Positions 17,283 through 27,150 of a stretch of DNA of 64,000 nucleotides are shown in pieces. Below the pieces are notes generated by a model. It was given only the letters and a program-made list of their open reading frames with translations. It had not been told where the DNA came from and searched no databases. The first letter of the stretch is position 1; each line of letters starts with the position of its first letter. A program made the position numbers and the translations under genes. The stretch lies in NCBI GenBank assembly GCA_963758495.1, contig CAVWVI010000003.1, positions 608,001 to 672,000 of the forward strand. The letters are read 5' to 3'. This DNA is from Oligoflexia bacterium (lineage in GTDB: Bacteria; Bdellovibrionota; UBA1018).

Positions 17283-19673
17283 TTAATGAAAAAAGTCTTT
17301 TAACTTTTCTTGCAACTTGTCATTCAATTTGTCGTTCAACTTGTTTTGGACAGCAGGGGGAACAACCTGTTTAATAATAGACTCCGCTTTTTTCCGTAAT
17401 TCCTCTTTAGCTCGACCTGTCAACGCATTCCCTATGTTTTTAAGTGCCACATGAGCTAATGCAGATGGAACCTCCGTATAAGAATAACAAGGCGCCATCA
17501 AATTACAATCCACATGAATAGGGAAATGAACAGGTGAACTTCCTTCAGCAAAGATATGCTCAACCTTCACCCCATTCTGCTCGACAGAAATATCTCGGAG
17601 TCGAGTGATGTTATAGGTATCAATGACATCCCAAAAGGTATTTAAAGAATAATTTTTTATACCTATCGTGGAACTTCCTTTTAAATCAATTCCTTGCTGA
17701 GGGACTGCTTTCGCATAAAAATCGGGTGCTATAAACTGATTATCTGCAATTGTAAAATCAGATGAAATAAAATCATATCGAGATGTACCATGAGGCAACG
17801 CACCCAATGATTTTCCTTTTAAAACAGGAACTTTATCTCCCAACTGACTCAAAGAGCGATTCAACGCCTCGGACACCATCTTCATGACGTCAATAGTAGC
17901 AAAAGTCGCTTGGTCTACTTTTAACTTTCCATGGACTTTCAGATTAGAAATCGCAGGATCAGGATTAAAACTAGCACCCTGACCCGACATACTCAAATGA
18001 GCCAAACCCTTGACTGTGTTTTTAAATAAAGCCATTTGTGATTCAACGGCCTGAGACATATTTAATCCGTCGATTTTAGCGTTAAACTGATAAGTAGGCG
18101 TTTTTGGCTTTAATTGAAAATGCGCATCTGCCGTAACAGTGCCCGAAAATATTTTTAGATCACACTGATCAAGCCCAGCCGTTAAATGACTGAAACTCAA
18201 CTTACATAAAACATCGGATACCGTAATCTGACGGGCTTTGATCATTTTCAGATTGACCCTCATCTTAGCAACGCTATCTGCGAGTATTTTATTGACTCGA
18301 AGAGGAGCGAGCATCGCATCGAAATTGGCTTGCGCTTCTGTAGGCATTTTTGAATCCCTATTTGAAGCCATTTTTGAAGATGGCTCGCTTGGATTCGAAG
18401 CTTCAGGCGCAGCAGCTTTTGCCTTTTGCGCCGGCGGAGGGAACTCCACGAGTTGATCCAGATCCATTCCCGTAGATGTCATTTCAAAATCCATTTGAGG
18501 CTGGGTAAATGACACTAACTTACCTTGAATTTTGAGATCATTTCCCGGTGCTTTCATTGTAATAAGAATAGGGTTGATTTGATCAGGAGATATTTGAATG
18601 ACCCCATCTAAAGTAGGCTGTGCCTTGAGCTGAGGTGCTTTTGCCGTCAATCCTGCAACCGTAATTTTTGCATGATATCCCATCTTCTGAGAAGACCCGC
18701 TGACATCAGCGACGAACTGCGCAGAGCCACCTAGCTCATATTCTTTCAACATGGGAAATAACCCCACCCACGGCTTTAAATCGATGGTATTGGATTTAAT
18801 ATTAAAACCTATCCTAGGTTCTATTTTAGATTCTGTTCTAGATTCTGTGCTAGATTTTGGCAGCCCCGCTGAAGAAGCTAAATCAGAAACTGTACCTTGT
18901 GCATTGATCTCAGCATTAAGAAATTTTGCAAGCAGACTGAGTTCAATTTGATCTATTTTACCCTCCTTCAAAGTCGGCTGAACTTTACCTGTAAGCCGGG
19001 CAGGACCTTGAAGAATAAAAGACTTTCCAAACTTTGTATCCAAATCTGCCCAGAGTTCGATTTCAGTGGGGTGACTTAAAGAAACATCTCGAAGTTCCAA
19101 ATTTAAATCTTTAACTTGAGTGGTTAAACCACTTAATTCATCTCGGTACTCTAATAAAGCGTGCTGAAGCTCTATTCCCAATTTAGCACGTGTCACTATT
19201 CCCGGTAGGTGACTCGTAGATGTTTTTGACCCAGTAACGGGAGAGGGAGGTATCGCCTGTGCATTCGATGCGGTAGATGAAATACCCTGAGGTACTTCCT
19301 TCATAAGCGACATGACATTCAACTTCCCATTTCGGTACTTGATTATTTTCAGAAGAGGTTGATTCATTTTAAAGGTAAGAATCGGTGCACCCGATAGAAT
19401 CGATAAGAAAGGAAGATGAAAATAGGCATCTTTCACTCTCACCACTTCTTCTCCAGTGGAGTCCAGAAGTTTTAATCCAGAAACCTCCACTCGAACTTGG
19501 CCCCAGAGAGAAAGAGAGAGCTTTCCCAATTCAAGCTTTCCATGAATTTGTTGACTCACTGTATCTACAATCTGAGGTCGATACTGATCGACATCCACTA
19601 CAAGTGGAATCATCACGATTGCAACTAATAACAACGCAAGAAAGGCACCCAAGACCCTAGCAAATTTTTTCAC
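17283..19673 (-). CDS. AsmA family protein
   Basis: N-terminal TM followed by DVDQYRPQI, repeated beta-rich segments. Confidence 0.8.
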   Translation of the reverse strand: MKKFARVLGAFLALLLVAIVMIPLVVDVDQYRPQIVDTVSQQIHGKLELGKLSLSLWGQVRVEVSGLKLLDSTGEEVVRVKDAYFHLPFLSILSGAPILTFKMNQPLLKIIKYRNGKLNVMSLMKEVPQGISSTASNAQAIPPSPVTGSKTSTSHLPGIVTRAKLGIELQHALLEYRDELSGLTTQVKDLNLELRDVSLSHPTEIELWADLDTKFGKSFILQGPARLTGKVQPTLKEGKIDQIELSLLAKFLNAEINAQGTVSDLASSAGLPKSSTESRTESKIEPRIGFNIKSNTIDLKPWVGLFPMLKEYELGGSAQFVADVSGSSQKMGYHAKITVAGLTAKAPQLKAQPTLDGVIQISPDQINPILITMKAPGNDLKIQGKLVSFTQPQMDFEMTSTGMDLDQLVEFPPPAQKAKAAAPEASNPSEPSSKMASNRDSKMPTEAQANFDAMLAPLRVNKILADSVAKMRVNLKMIKARQITVSDVLCKLSFSHLTAGLDQCDLKIFSGTVTADAHFQLKPKTPTYQFNAKIDGLNMSQAVESQMALFKNTVKGLAHLSMSGQGASFNPDPAISNLKVHGKLKVDQATFATIDVMKMVSEALNRSLSQLGDKVPVLKGKSLGALPHGTSRYDFISSDFTIADNQFIAPDFYAKAVPQQGIDLKGSSTIGIKNYSLNTFWDVIDTYNITRLRDISVEQNGVKVEHIFAEGSSPVHFPIHVDCNLMAPCYSYTEVPSALAHVALKNIGNALTGRAKEELRKKAESIIKQVVPPAVQNKLNDKLNDKLQEKLKDFFH

Positions 19674-19698
19674 ACCTTCCCCCTCTTCTTAGAAATAG

Positions 19699-19797
19699 AT
19701 AAGCACAGCAAGGAGTCCTGTTGCGCCGTAAAGATTTGGGTTCTCGGCGCAACAGGACTCCTTGCTGTGCTTGTCAACAGCCTTAAAGGTTACTTAC
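19699..19797 (-). mobile_element. Palindromic MITE-like element (loop inverted relative to other copies)
   Basis: ATAAGCACAGCAAGGAGTCCTGTTGCGCC-loop-GGCGCAACAGGACTCCTTGCTGTGCTTGTCAACAGCCTTAAAGGTTACTTAC. Confidence 0.85.
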
Positions 19798-19812
19798 ACA
19801 AACGATCAGCCA

Positions 19813-21294
19813 CTAACTGCTCGCTGTTAGCTTCTTTTTCAACAACTCACCTAGCATACCAGGATTTGCTTTTCCGCCAGTCTCTTTCATGACCTGGCCC
19901 ACAAAGAATCCTAACAGTTTTTCTTTCCCTGACCGATATTCTGCCACTTGCCCAGGAAATGCCGCAATCACCTGATTAATAGCTGGCTCAAGTGCTCCAG
20001 TATCACTCACTTGCTTAAGGCCCTCACGGTCCACGACTGACATAACAGCTTCGCCCGTCTTCCAAATAACAACAATAACTTGTTTTGCAGCCGTACTGGA
20101 AAGAACTTGGGTTTGTAGGAGCCGAACTAGGTCAGCGATGTGGGACGGTTTTAACCGACTTTGATTAATCTCGATGCTCTCTTCATTCAGAAGACGAGCG
20201 ACTTCACCGGTAATTAAATTAGCAGAAGGTTTTGCTGCGACCTTCGCATCCATGCCACTCTGTTCTAAACTTTGAATGACCTGTTCAAAAAACTGAGCCA
20301 GGGGTTTAGAACTGGTCAAGACTCCAGCATCATAGGCAGAAAGACCTAATTCCTTCATAAGACGATTCAATTTTTGCTCAGGAAGCTCTGGTAAACTCTG
20401 ACGAAGCTTTTCAATAGTCTCACTATTTAACTGAAGAGGAATTAAATCCGGCTCTGGAAAGTATCGATAATCATGTGCTTCTTCTTTCGATCTCATCGAA
20501 ATAGTGACATTCTTAGTAGAATCAAAAGTACGTGTTTCTTGTACTACTTTTCCACCGGCACGAATCACTTCAATCTGTCGGGCAATTTCATAATCAATTG
20601 CCTTTTCTACAAATCGAAAGGAATTCACATTTTTAATTTCTGTACGAGTTCCAAGCTCTTGAGATCCCTTTGGCATGACGCTCACATTCGCATCACATCG
20701 GAAATTACCTTCTTGAAGATTGCCATCACAAATCCCCAGATAAGTCACTACTGCATAGAGGGACCTCAAATAAGCCCCTGCTTCTTCAGAAGTACTCATG
20801 TCAGGGCCACTCACAATTTCAATCAAGGGAACACCGGCTCGGTTCAGATTCACCAGAGAAAACCCCGCCATATGAACATTCTTACCGGCGTCTTCTTCCA
20901 TATGAATTCGCCGAATGCTCACCTTTTTTTGGCCCTTGCTGGTCTCAATATTTAACCAACCATATTCGCAAATCGGGTGTTCAAATTGGGTAATTTGATA
21001 ACCTTTAGGGAGATCGGGATAAAAGTAATTTTTTCTCGCAAAAGTATTTTTCAGAGTAATTTGGCAATTTGTGGCCAATCCTGCTTTGATTGCATATTCT
21101 ACGACTTTTTGATTCAATACAGGAAGTGTTCCTGGATGCCCTGCACAAATAGGACAAGTATTGGAATTCACATCCCCATCTGAAACAGATTGACCGTCTG
21201 GCATTTTTGCCAGGCAACCACAGAAAATTTTAGTATGAGTCGCTAATTGGCAATGAACTTCTAAACCAATGACCGCTTCAAATTCAGGATGCAT
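19813..21294 (-). CDS. gatB: Asp/Glu-tRNA amidotransferase subunit B
   Basis: VIGLEVHCQL, RKNYFYPDLPKGYQITQ, HMEEDAGK, YRYFPEPDL. Confidence 0.97.
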   Translation of the reverse strand: MHPEFEAVIGLEVHCQLATHTKIFCGCLAKMPDGQSVSDGDVNSNTCPICAGHPGTLPVLNQKVVEYAIKAGLATNCQITLKNTFARKNYFYPDLPKGYQITQFEHPICEYGWLNIETSKGQKKVSIRRIHMEEDAGKNVHMAGFSLVNLNRAGVPLIEIVSGPDMSTSEEAGAYLRSLYAVVTYLGICDGNLQEGNFRCDANVSVMPKGSQELGTRTEIKNVNSFRFVEKAIDYEIARQIEVIRAGGKVVQETRTFDSTKNVTISMRSKEEAHDYRYFPEPDLIPLQLNSETIEKLRQSLPELPEQKLNRLMKELGLSAYDAGVLTSSKPLAQFFEQVIQSLEQSGMDAKVAAKPSANLITGEVARLLNEESIEINQSRLKPSHIADLVRLLQTQVLSSTAAKQVIVVIWKTGEAVMSVVDREGLKQVSDTGALEPAINQVIAAFPGQVAEYRSGKEKLLGFFVGQVMKETGGKANPGMLGELLKKKLTASS

Positions 21295-21296
21295 GG

Positions 21297-22778
21297 TTAA
21301 GCCTTTCCTTTAATAAAAGAATTCAAAAAAGCATGACCTACAGAGATCAACTTCTCGTCTCCAAATTGAGGAGCCATGAAGTGTAATCCTATAGGCAAAC
21401 CCTGCTGATCTTCGCCACAAGGAATACTCATTGCGGGGAGACCTGCGAGATTCGCTGGAATCGTAAAAATATCATTCAAATACATTTGAAGCGGATCATT
21501 ACTTTTTTCGCCTAATTTGAAAGCCGTTGTTGGAGAGACAGGCCCTAGAATAAAATCGACCTCTTTAAAAGCCTGATCAAAGTCTTGCTTAATCAAGGCA
21601 CGAACTTGACATGCCTTTTTATAATAGGCCTCTGAGTAACCACTTGAAAGTGCAAACGTTCCAAGAATAATTCTTCGTTTCACCTCAGCCCCAAAATTTG
21701 CACGAACATGCTCATAAAACTCTGTCAGATTTTGGGCATTTACCGCCTTTTGAGGTCTCACCCCAAATCGAACTCCATCAAATCGAGCTAAATTACTCGA
21801 GGCTTCACTCACAGCCACAATATAATAAACAGCCACTGCATACTGAGTATGAGGAAGTGAAATCGGAACTAATTGAGCACCTTGCGCTTCCATCCATTTC
21901 AAAGAACTTTGAATTGCCTTCTCCACGTCGGGGGAAAGACCGCCAATAAAGTATTCTTTTGGAACGCCAATCCGTAATTTTTTCCATTCAGGTTTCTGCT
22001 GTATTGCTTGAAATCCTTTCGTTGGGCCTAGAGGAGAAGACGTAGAGTCCATCGGATCATGACCCGACATGACGTCCAAAAGAAGAGCTGCATCTTCAAC
22101 ACTATTCGCTAACGGCCCTACTTGATCCAATGAAGAAGCAAAAGCGACCAAGCCATAACGGCTCAATCTCCCATAAGTGGGCTTTATCCCAACGACTCCA
22201 CAATAACTGGCAGGCAGACGAATGGAGCCGCCAGTATCACTCCCCAGAGCTGCCATACAGAGCCTTGCCTTCACGGCGGCCGCAGATCCCCCACTTGAGC
22301 CACCTGGGACTCGGTCAGGATGAGTAGGATGCTTGACGGGTCCGAAGGCAGAATTCTCATTCGATCCTCCCATCGCAAATTCATCCATATTGAGCTTACC
22401 TAAGCTAATCCCCCCTGCTGACTCAAGTCGTGCAACTACTGTTGCGGTATAGGGAGAAATATAATTTTCAAGCATTTTAGAAGCGCAAGTCGTTCGCACT
22501 CCGTCCATCGTAAGATTATCCTTAATGCCCAGTGGGATGCCGAGTAAAGGCTTCTGATCACGAGGAACTTTTCCGTGTTTTGTGAGAAGAATGTCTGCTG
22601 CTTTGGCTTGAGATAAGGCTCTGTCTTCGCAAATGGTTAAATAAGAGCCCGTTTGACTTGCCTTCACCGCAGCTAGGTAATCTCGAGTCAGTTCGACTGG
22701 AGAGAGGGTTTTCTTATCAAAAGCATCATGGATTTCACGAATTGTTTTAAACTGACCAATTAAACTCGAATGAGTCAT
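21297..22778 (-). CDS. gatA: Asp/Glu-tRNA amidotransferase subunit A
   Basis: Amidase signature GGSSGGS, GSDTGGSIR; EVKRRIILG. Confidence 0.97.
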   Translation of the reverse strand: MTHSSLIGQFKTIREIHDAFDKKTLSPVELTRDYLAAVKASQTGSYLTICEDRALSQAKAADILLTKHGKVPRDQKPLLGIPLGIKDNLTMDGVRTTCASKMLENYISPYTATVVARLESAGGISLGKLNMDEFAMGGSNENSAFGPVKHPTHPDRVPGGSSGGSAAAVKARLCMAALGSDTGGSIRLPASYCGVVGIKPTYGRLSRYGLVAFASSLDQVGPLANSVEDAALLLDVMSGHDPMDSTSSPLGPTKGFQAIQQKPEWKKLRIGVPKEYFIGGLSPDVEKAIQSSLKWMEAQGAQLVPISLPHTQYAVAVYYIVAVSEASSNLARFDGVRFGVRPQKAVNAQNLTEFYEHVRANFGAEVKRRIILGTFALSSGYSEAYYKKACQVRALIKQDFDQAFKEVDFILGPVSPTTAFKLGEKSNDPLQMYLNDIFTIPANLAGLPAMSIPCGEDQQGLPIGLHFMAPQFGDEKLISVGHAFLNSFIKGKA

Positions 22779-22846
22779 AAATCGTTCCTCTTTTGTGAGC
22801 TTTCAGTATTCAACTTTAAGCTGAAATCTGAAGCCTGTAGTCTCAT

Positions 22847-23146
22847 TTAAAGAATAGGAGGGACTTTAAATCCATCATAAAGAACATCAGGAGCCGAGCT
22901 TAGGACTTTCGGTTTTCCCTCCGCATCTCTCGGAAATAATCTAGCTACATCCTCCCGTAAAGGAGGTAAAAGCTCTAGAGGATGGGTGAGAGGCTCTACA
23001 TGATGAGTATCTAAACTTTGGAGTTGCTCAACATATTTTAGGATTTCTCCCAACTGAGAAGTAAAGATATTTACCTCTTGATCTGAAAGCTCTAAACGAG
23101 CAAGTTCAGCTACTCGACGAGTCAATGCTTCGTTTACTTCAACCAT
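22847..23146 (-). CDS. gatC: Asp/Glu-tRNA amidotransferase subunit C
   Basis: VAELARLEL...LREDV...FKVPPIL; upstream of gatA. Confidence 0.93.
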   Translation of the reverse strand: MVEVNEALTRRVAELARLELSDQEVNIFTSQLGEILKYVEQLQSLDTHHVEPLTHPLELLPPLREDVARLFPRDAEGKPKVLSSAPDVLYDGFKVPPIL

Positions 23147-23210
23147 AAAGTATTCCTTATCATAAGAGGAAAGTCTAAAGGGAATGTCTTAACGCTTATT
23201 TAAGACTTTT

Positions 23211-25469
23211 TCACCCAAAATAGCTTACCACATAACGTAGAATAAACTTCTTCTGTTGTTGCCCTCGAAATTGAATCGTCACTTTTTGATCTGTGCCCGA
23301 ACCCTCGCTGTTTACGACAGTTCCACGTCCATAGTCAGGGTGCACCATTTGTCGTCCTACCCAATCTTCTTTTGCCTCGATCATGGTTCCACCCCTTGAC
23401 TCCACCCCAAGTCCAAATTGACGAGACGACCCTGTACGATAGGTATCCGCCCGAATACCATAAGAAAGATCTTTAAATTCAAGCAGCTCTTCCGGAATTT
23501 CAGAAAAAAATCGGGACGGCTCCTGATAGCTCACATTCCCCCAAATTCGCCGCACGATCACATTCATCAAATAGAGGCGCTGCCGTGCTCGAGTCATTCC
23601 AACATAGCAGAGCCGTCGTTCCTCTTCGATATCTTCTTCCGGGGTTTCCTCCCAAGCTTTAATAGAGGGAAACAAGCCTTCTTCCATACCCACCATAAAA
23701 ACAACCGGAAACTCTAACCCCTTAGAGGAGTGCAAAGTCATCATTTTTATTGAATTTAAATTCCCGTCCAGATTGTCCAAATCAGAAACTAAAGAGGATT
23801 GCTCGACAAAAAGAGGTAAAAGTTCAACTTTAATTTTTTCAATTTCAGCTTCAGTCACGCCCTCTAGACGATCCAACTCAAATTCTTGCAAGAGAGAATC
23901 AAATTCCTCCAAGTTTTGAACTCGAGATAATGCTTCTTCAGTCCCCTCTTGCTTGAGTTCCCGCACATACCCAATCTCATCTAAAATCAAATGATAGAGC
24001 TCTGAAAGCAGAAGTTTTGGCTGCTCCGCCATGAGCCTTTTGATCAGTTGGATAAATTGAAATAGTTTCTTAGCAGTCCCCGCCGAAGTGATGGATGAAT
24101 CTAGAGAAGCACGCTCAACTATATCAAAGTAACTTAATCCTGCTTCACTCATTGCTGAATGATATTGGTCTAACTTTTCTAATGTTGTTTTTCCGATTCC
24201 TCGTGCTGGAACATTGATAATTCTTTTTAAACTGACGGAATCTGAAGGATTTAAAATGACTTTAAAATAAGACAAAACATCTTTAATTTCCTTACGATCG
24301 TAAAACCTCAAACCACCCACAATTTGATAGGGAAGTTTTTCCCGTCGAAGAACATCCTCAAATTGGCGACTTTGAGCATTGGTTCGGTAAAAAATCGCAA
24401 AATTTTGATACGTAAAATTCTCTGATTCAGCTAACCGCTTAATTTCAGAAACGACCATTTCCGCTTCTGCCCGTTCATCCGGAAGCTGAGCTCGAATCAC
24501 GGCATTTCCATCTTCATTTTCCGTCCAAAGTCTCTTATCTTTTCGAGAACGGTTATTTTGAATCACATCACCGGCTACTGCCAAAATCGTCTTGGTAGAG
24601 CGATAATTTTGCTCAAGTTTCACAACCCGGGCACCGGGATAATCCACTTCAAAATCAAGAATATTTCTAATATCTGCCCCACGCCACTTGTATATGGACT
24701 GATCCTCGTCACCCACTACACAAATATTTTGATGCCCCCCCTGAGTGGCACCAGCCAAAAGAGATAAAAGTAAATATTGAGATCTATTGGTATCTTGATA
24801 TTCATCGACGTGAATATAACGATAACGGTGTTGGTATTTTATTCGCAAATCTGCGTGGTCTCTCAAAAGTCGGTAAGTCATACAAATAATTTCTCCAAAA
24901 TCTAGAGCATTATTGGAGAAAAGATCTTTTTGATAGTGTTCGTAAACACGCTTTAACTGACGAGAAAAAATATCATGATTCGCTGGTTCTAATTCATGAG
25001 GCTCAATCGCATCGCATTTAGCGCGATTGATACCACCTTGAATCGCTTTAGGATTGAAATTTTTCTCATCTATCTGAAGGGTTGTCATTGCTTTTTTGAT
25101 TAAACTGAGCTGATCCGAATCATCGTAAATCACAAATGGCTTGGTAAAAGGGGTTTTGGCGATTTCCCTCCGCAACAAACGCACACAAACAGAATGAAAA
25201 GTTCCAATTTCGGGTCCATTTGAACTTGTCCCAGTATGCCCTAGAAGCTTTTCAACTCTCTCTCTCATTTCAGCGGCAGCCTTATTTGTGAATGTCACTG
25301 CTAAAACTTGGTAGGGAGCAATCCGCTTCTCCTGGATGAGGTAAGCGATTCTGGAGGTTAACATTTTTGTTTTTCCGGAACCTGCGCCGGCTAAAACAAT
25401 CAAAGGCCCTTCTGTCGCTAACACGGCTTCGCGTTGTGGTTCGTTTAATAATGACTCAAGTTTACTCAT
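23211..25469 (-). CDS. pcrA: ATP-dependent DNA helicase PcrA/UvrD
   Basis: AGAGSGKT, VDEYQDTN, VGDEDQSIY, TLHSSKGLEF, EERRLCYVGMTRA. Confidence 0.93.
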   Translation of the reverse strand: MSKLESLLNEPQREAVLATEGPLIVLAGAGSGKTKMLTSRIAYLIQEKRIAPYQVLAVTFTNKAAAEMRERVEKLLGHTGTSSNGPEIGTFHSVCVRLLRREIAKTPFTKPFVIYDDSDQLSLIKKAMTTLQIDEKNFNPKAIQGGINRAKCDAIEPHELEPANHDIFSRQLKRVYEHYQKDLFSNNALDFGEIICMTYRLLRDHADLRIKYQHRYRYIHVDEYQDTNRSQYLLLSLLAGATQGGHQNICVVGDEDQSIYKWRGADIRNILDFEVDYPGARVVKLEQNYRSTKTILAVAGDVIQNNRSRKDKRLWTENEDGNAVIRAQLPDERAEAEMVVSEIKRLAESENFTYQNFAIFYRTNAQSRQFEDVLRREKLPYQIVGGLRFYDRKEIKDVLSYFKVILNPSDSVSLKRIINVPARGIGKTTLEKLDQYHSAMSEAGLSYFDIVERASLDSSITSAGTAKKLFQFIQLIKRLMAEQPKLLLSELYHLILDEIGYVRELKQEGTEEALSRVQNLEEFDSLLQEFELDRLEGVTEAEIEKIKVELLPLFVEQSSLVSDLDNLDGNLNSIKMMTLHSSKGLEFPVVFMVGMEEGLFPSIKAWEETPEEDIEEERRLCYVGMTRARQRLYLMNVIVRRIWGNVSYQEPSRFFSEIPEELLEFKDLSYGIRADTYRTGSSRQFGLGVESRGGTMIEAKEDWVGRQMVHPDYGRGTVVNSEGSGTDQKVTIQFRGQQQKKFILRYVVSYFG

Positions 25470-27150
25470 TTCCCCCTTCTCCCATAAAAGAGAAGGATCT
25501 TCTAGCAACTTCGCGATCATAAGCAGACCGCATATTATATCCGAACAAAAGTCCAACCACTCTACTGTCTTCTCCTAATACTGGAATACAAGGACTTTCA
25601 TTAAACATTTTAGCGACGACTAAAAGTCGATCATTTGCATTTACCGTCGGGGGTCTAAAACCACTTCGATAGACCAAATCCTTGGCCTCAACCAACGCAC
25701 CCAAATGCAACCGTGAAGAAGACGGCGATTTCCAAGCATCCTGGATGAGATCTATAGTCAAAAGACCACTAAAAACGCCTTGCGTATTCACTACTGGAAG
25801 AAAAGGATAACGTGCATTAGTCAATCTCGCATACAATGTTGCGACAGTCTCTTGTTCGTGAACAATTTCATAATCAGTGATCATAGCGTCTCGAACATAA
25901 ACTGCATCTAAAACCTCTGTGGATCGACCTCCCACCATAGAAATACCCCGCATCTCTAGGTTTTTATCAATCAAAGTGGGTGTCCCAACAAATTGTCGAC
26001 ATTGCCTCGCTATCAAACCTGCTAAAAAACAGGGCAAGAGGATATGAGCGTTCTGAGTTAATTCCAGCACGAGTACGGCGCCAGTAACTGGAATGCCTAA
26101 AACGGCCCCCCAAAGAGCAGCGCCGCCAATGAGAGCCGATGCAGCAGCAAAATGGATAAAATCATTTAAAATCCAATGATTTATACAATAACCCAAATAA
26201 CCACCTATGACAAAAAGTGGCCAAAACACTCCTATGGTTCCATAAGCAGCAATCACGAGTGCAAGACATAGGACTTGAGCAAAACAAAGAAGCAAAACTT
26301 CATTCACGGAGAACTTTATCCAGAGTACTTGCTCCAATAAAACTACGGGTAAGTTATGAATAGGCTTATAAATAGAAAATACTAAACAAAGTAATATCGC
26401 CCCCATCATAGGCTTCAACCCAGGTCGTTTCAGAAATAGGTTCGACAGACTTTCTTGAGAATAACGGAAAAAATGAATCAGTCCGGCGCCTCCTAATCCT
26501 GCCATAATCCCGATGATAATCACTCCGAACCACTCTCGCCAATTTGAAAAATGGAATCCAATCTGCATGCCGGTGACATTCAAACCCTCGAACGAGAATA
26601 GATTCATCAAAAAATGAATCCCTAAATAAGCGAAAAGAGCGCTGATTGTTGCAGATATACTTCGCCCCCCTATCCCAAGCTCAATGGGCAAAAGGACACT
26701 GGCGAACGGAGCACCAAAAGCCGCAGAAATCCCTGCTGCTAAACTGACTGCAACATCTGTCCGTCTTTTTTGCTCAAACCAGAGAGATGAACGTGCATTC
26801 AACCTCATATTTAAAAATTGGATAGTTTCTATCGCAACGCCCTCAGGCCCTATAGATCCGCCAAAGGTTGTCAGAAGAAAAGAAATACTCGCACGCATCA
26901 CCCATAGAAGCGACGATTTAGGTCTAAAGGGAGAATGAATATGATAAAATAAATCCGCTAAACCATCATAGCGTGGATTTCCGGTTCGACGATGTAAAAT
27001 GATCCTCTGAAAAACCATCAACGCTACACCCATAACAAGAAGAAAGATGAGTGGCGATCCAATTAATTCTTGATATTTTAAAAACAAGTACCGCTGAAAG
27101 AAAACCAAGAGTGCCGCGATCAAACCGATCAAGGCAGGCGAAATCATCAT
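25462..27150 (-). CDS. ClC-family chloride channel/transporter with CBS domains
   Basis: GSIGPEG, AAGISAAFGAP, GVFWP, C-terminal CBS pair. Confidence 0.85.
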   Translation of the reverse strand: MMISPALIGLIAALLVFFQRYLFLKYQELIGSPLIFLLVMGVALMVFQRIILHRRTGNPRYDGLADLFYHIHSPFRPKSSLLWVMRASISFLLTTFGGSIGPEGVAIETIQFLNMRLNARSSLWFEQKRRTDVAVSLAAGISAAFGAPFASVLLPIELGIGGRSISATISALFAYLGIHFLMNLFSFEGLNVTGMQIGFHFSNWREWFGVIIIGIMAGLGGAGLIHFFRYSQESLSNLFLKRPGLKPMMGAILLCLVFSIYKPIHNLPVVLLEQVLWIKFSVNEVLLLCFAQVLCLALVIAAYGTIGVFWPLFVIGGYLGYCINHWILNDFIHFAAASALIGGAALWGAVLGIPVTGAVLVLELTQNAHILLPCFLAGLIARQCRQFVGTPTLIDKNLEMRGISMVGGRSTEVLDAVYVRDAMITDYEIVHEQETVATLYARLTNARYPFLPVVNTQGVFSGLLTIDLIQDAWKSPSSSRLHLGALVEAKDLVYRSGFRPPTVNANDRLLVVAKMFNESPCIPVLGEDSRVVGLLFGYNMRSAYDREVARRSFSFMGEGGNE

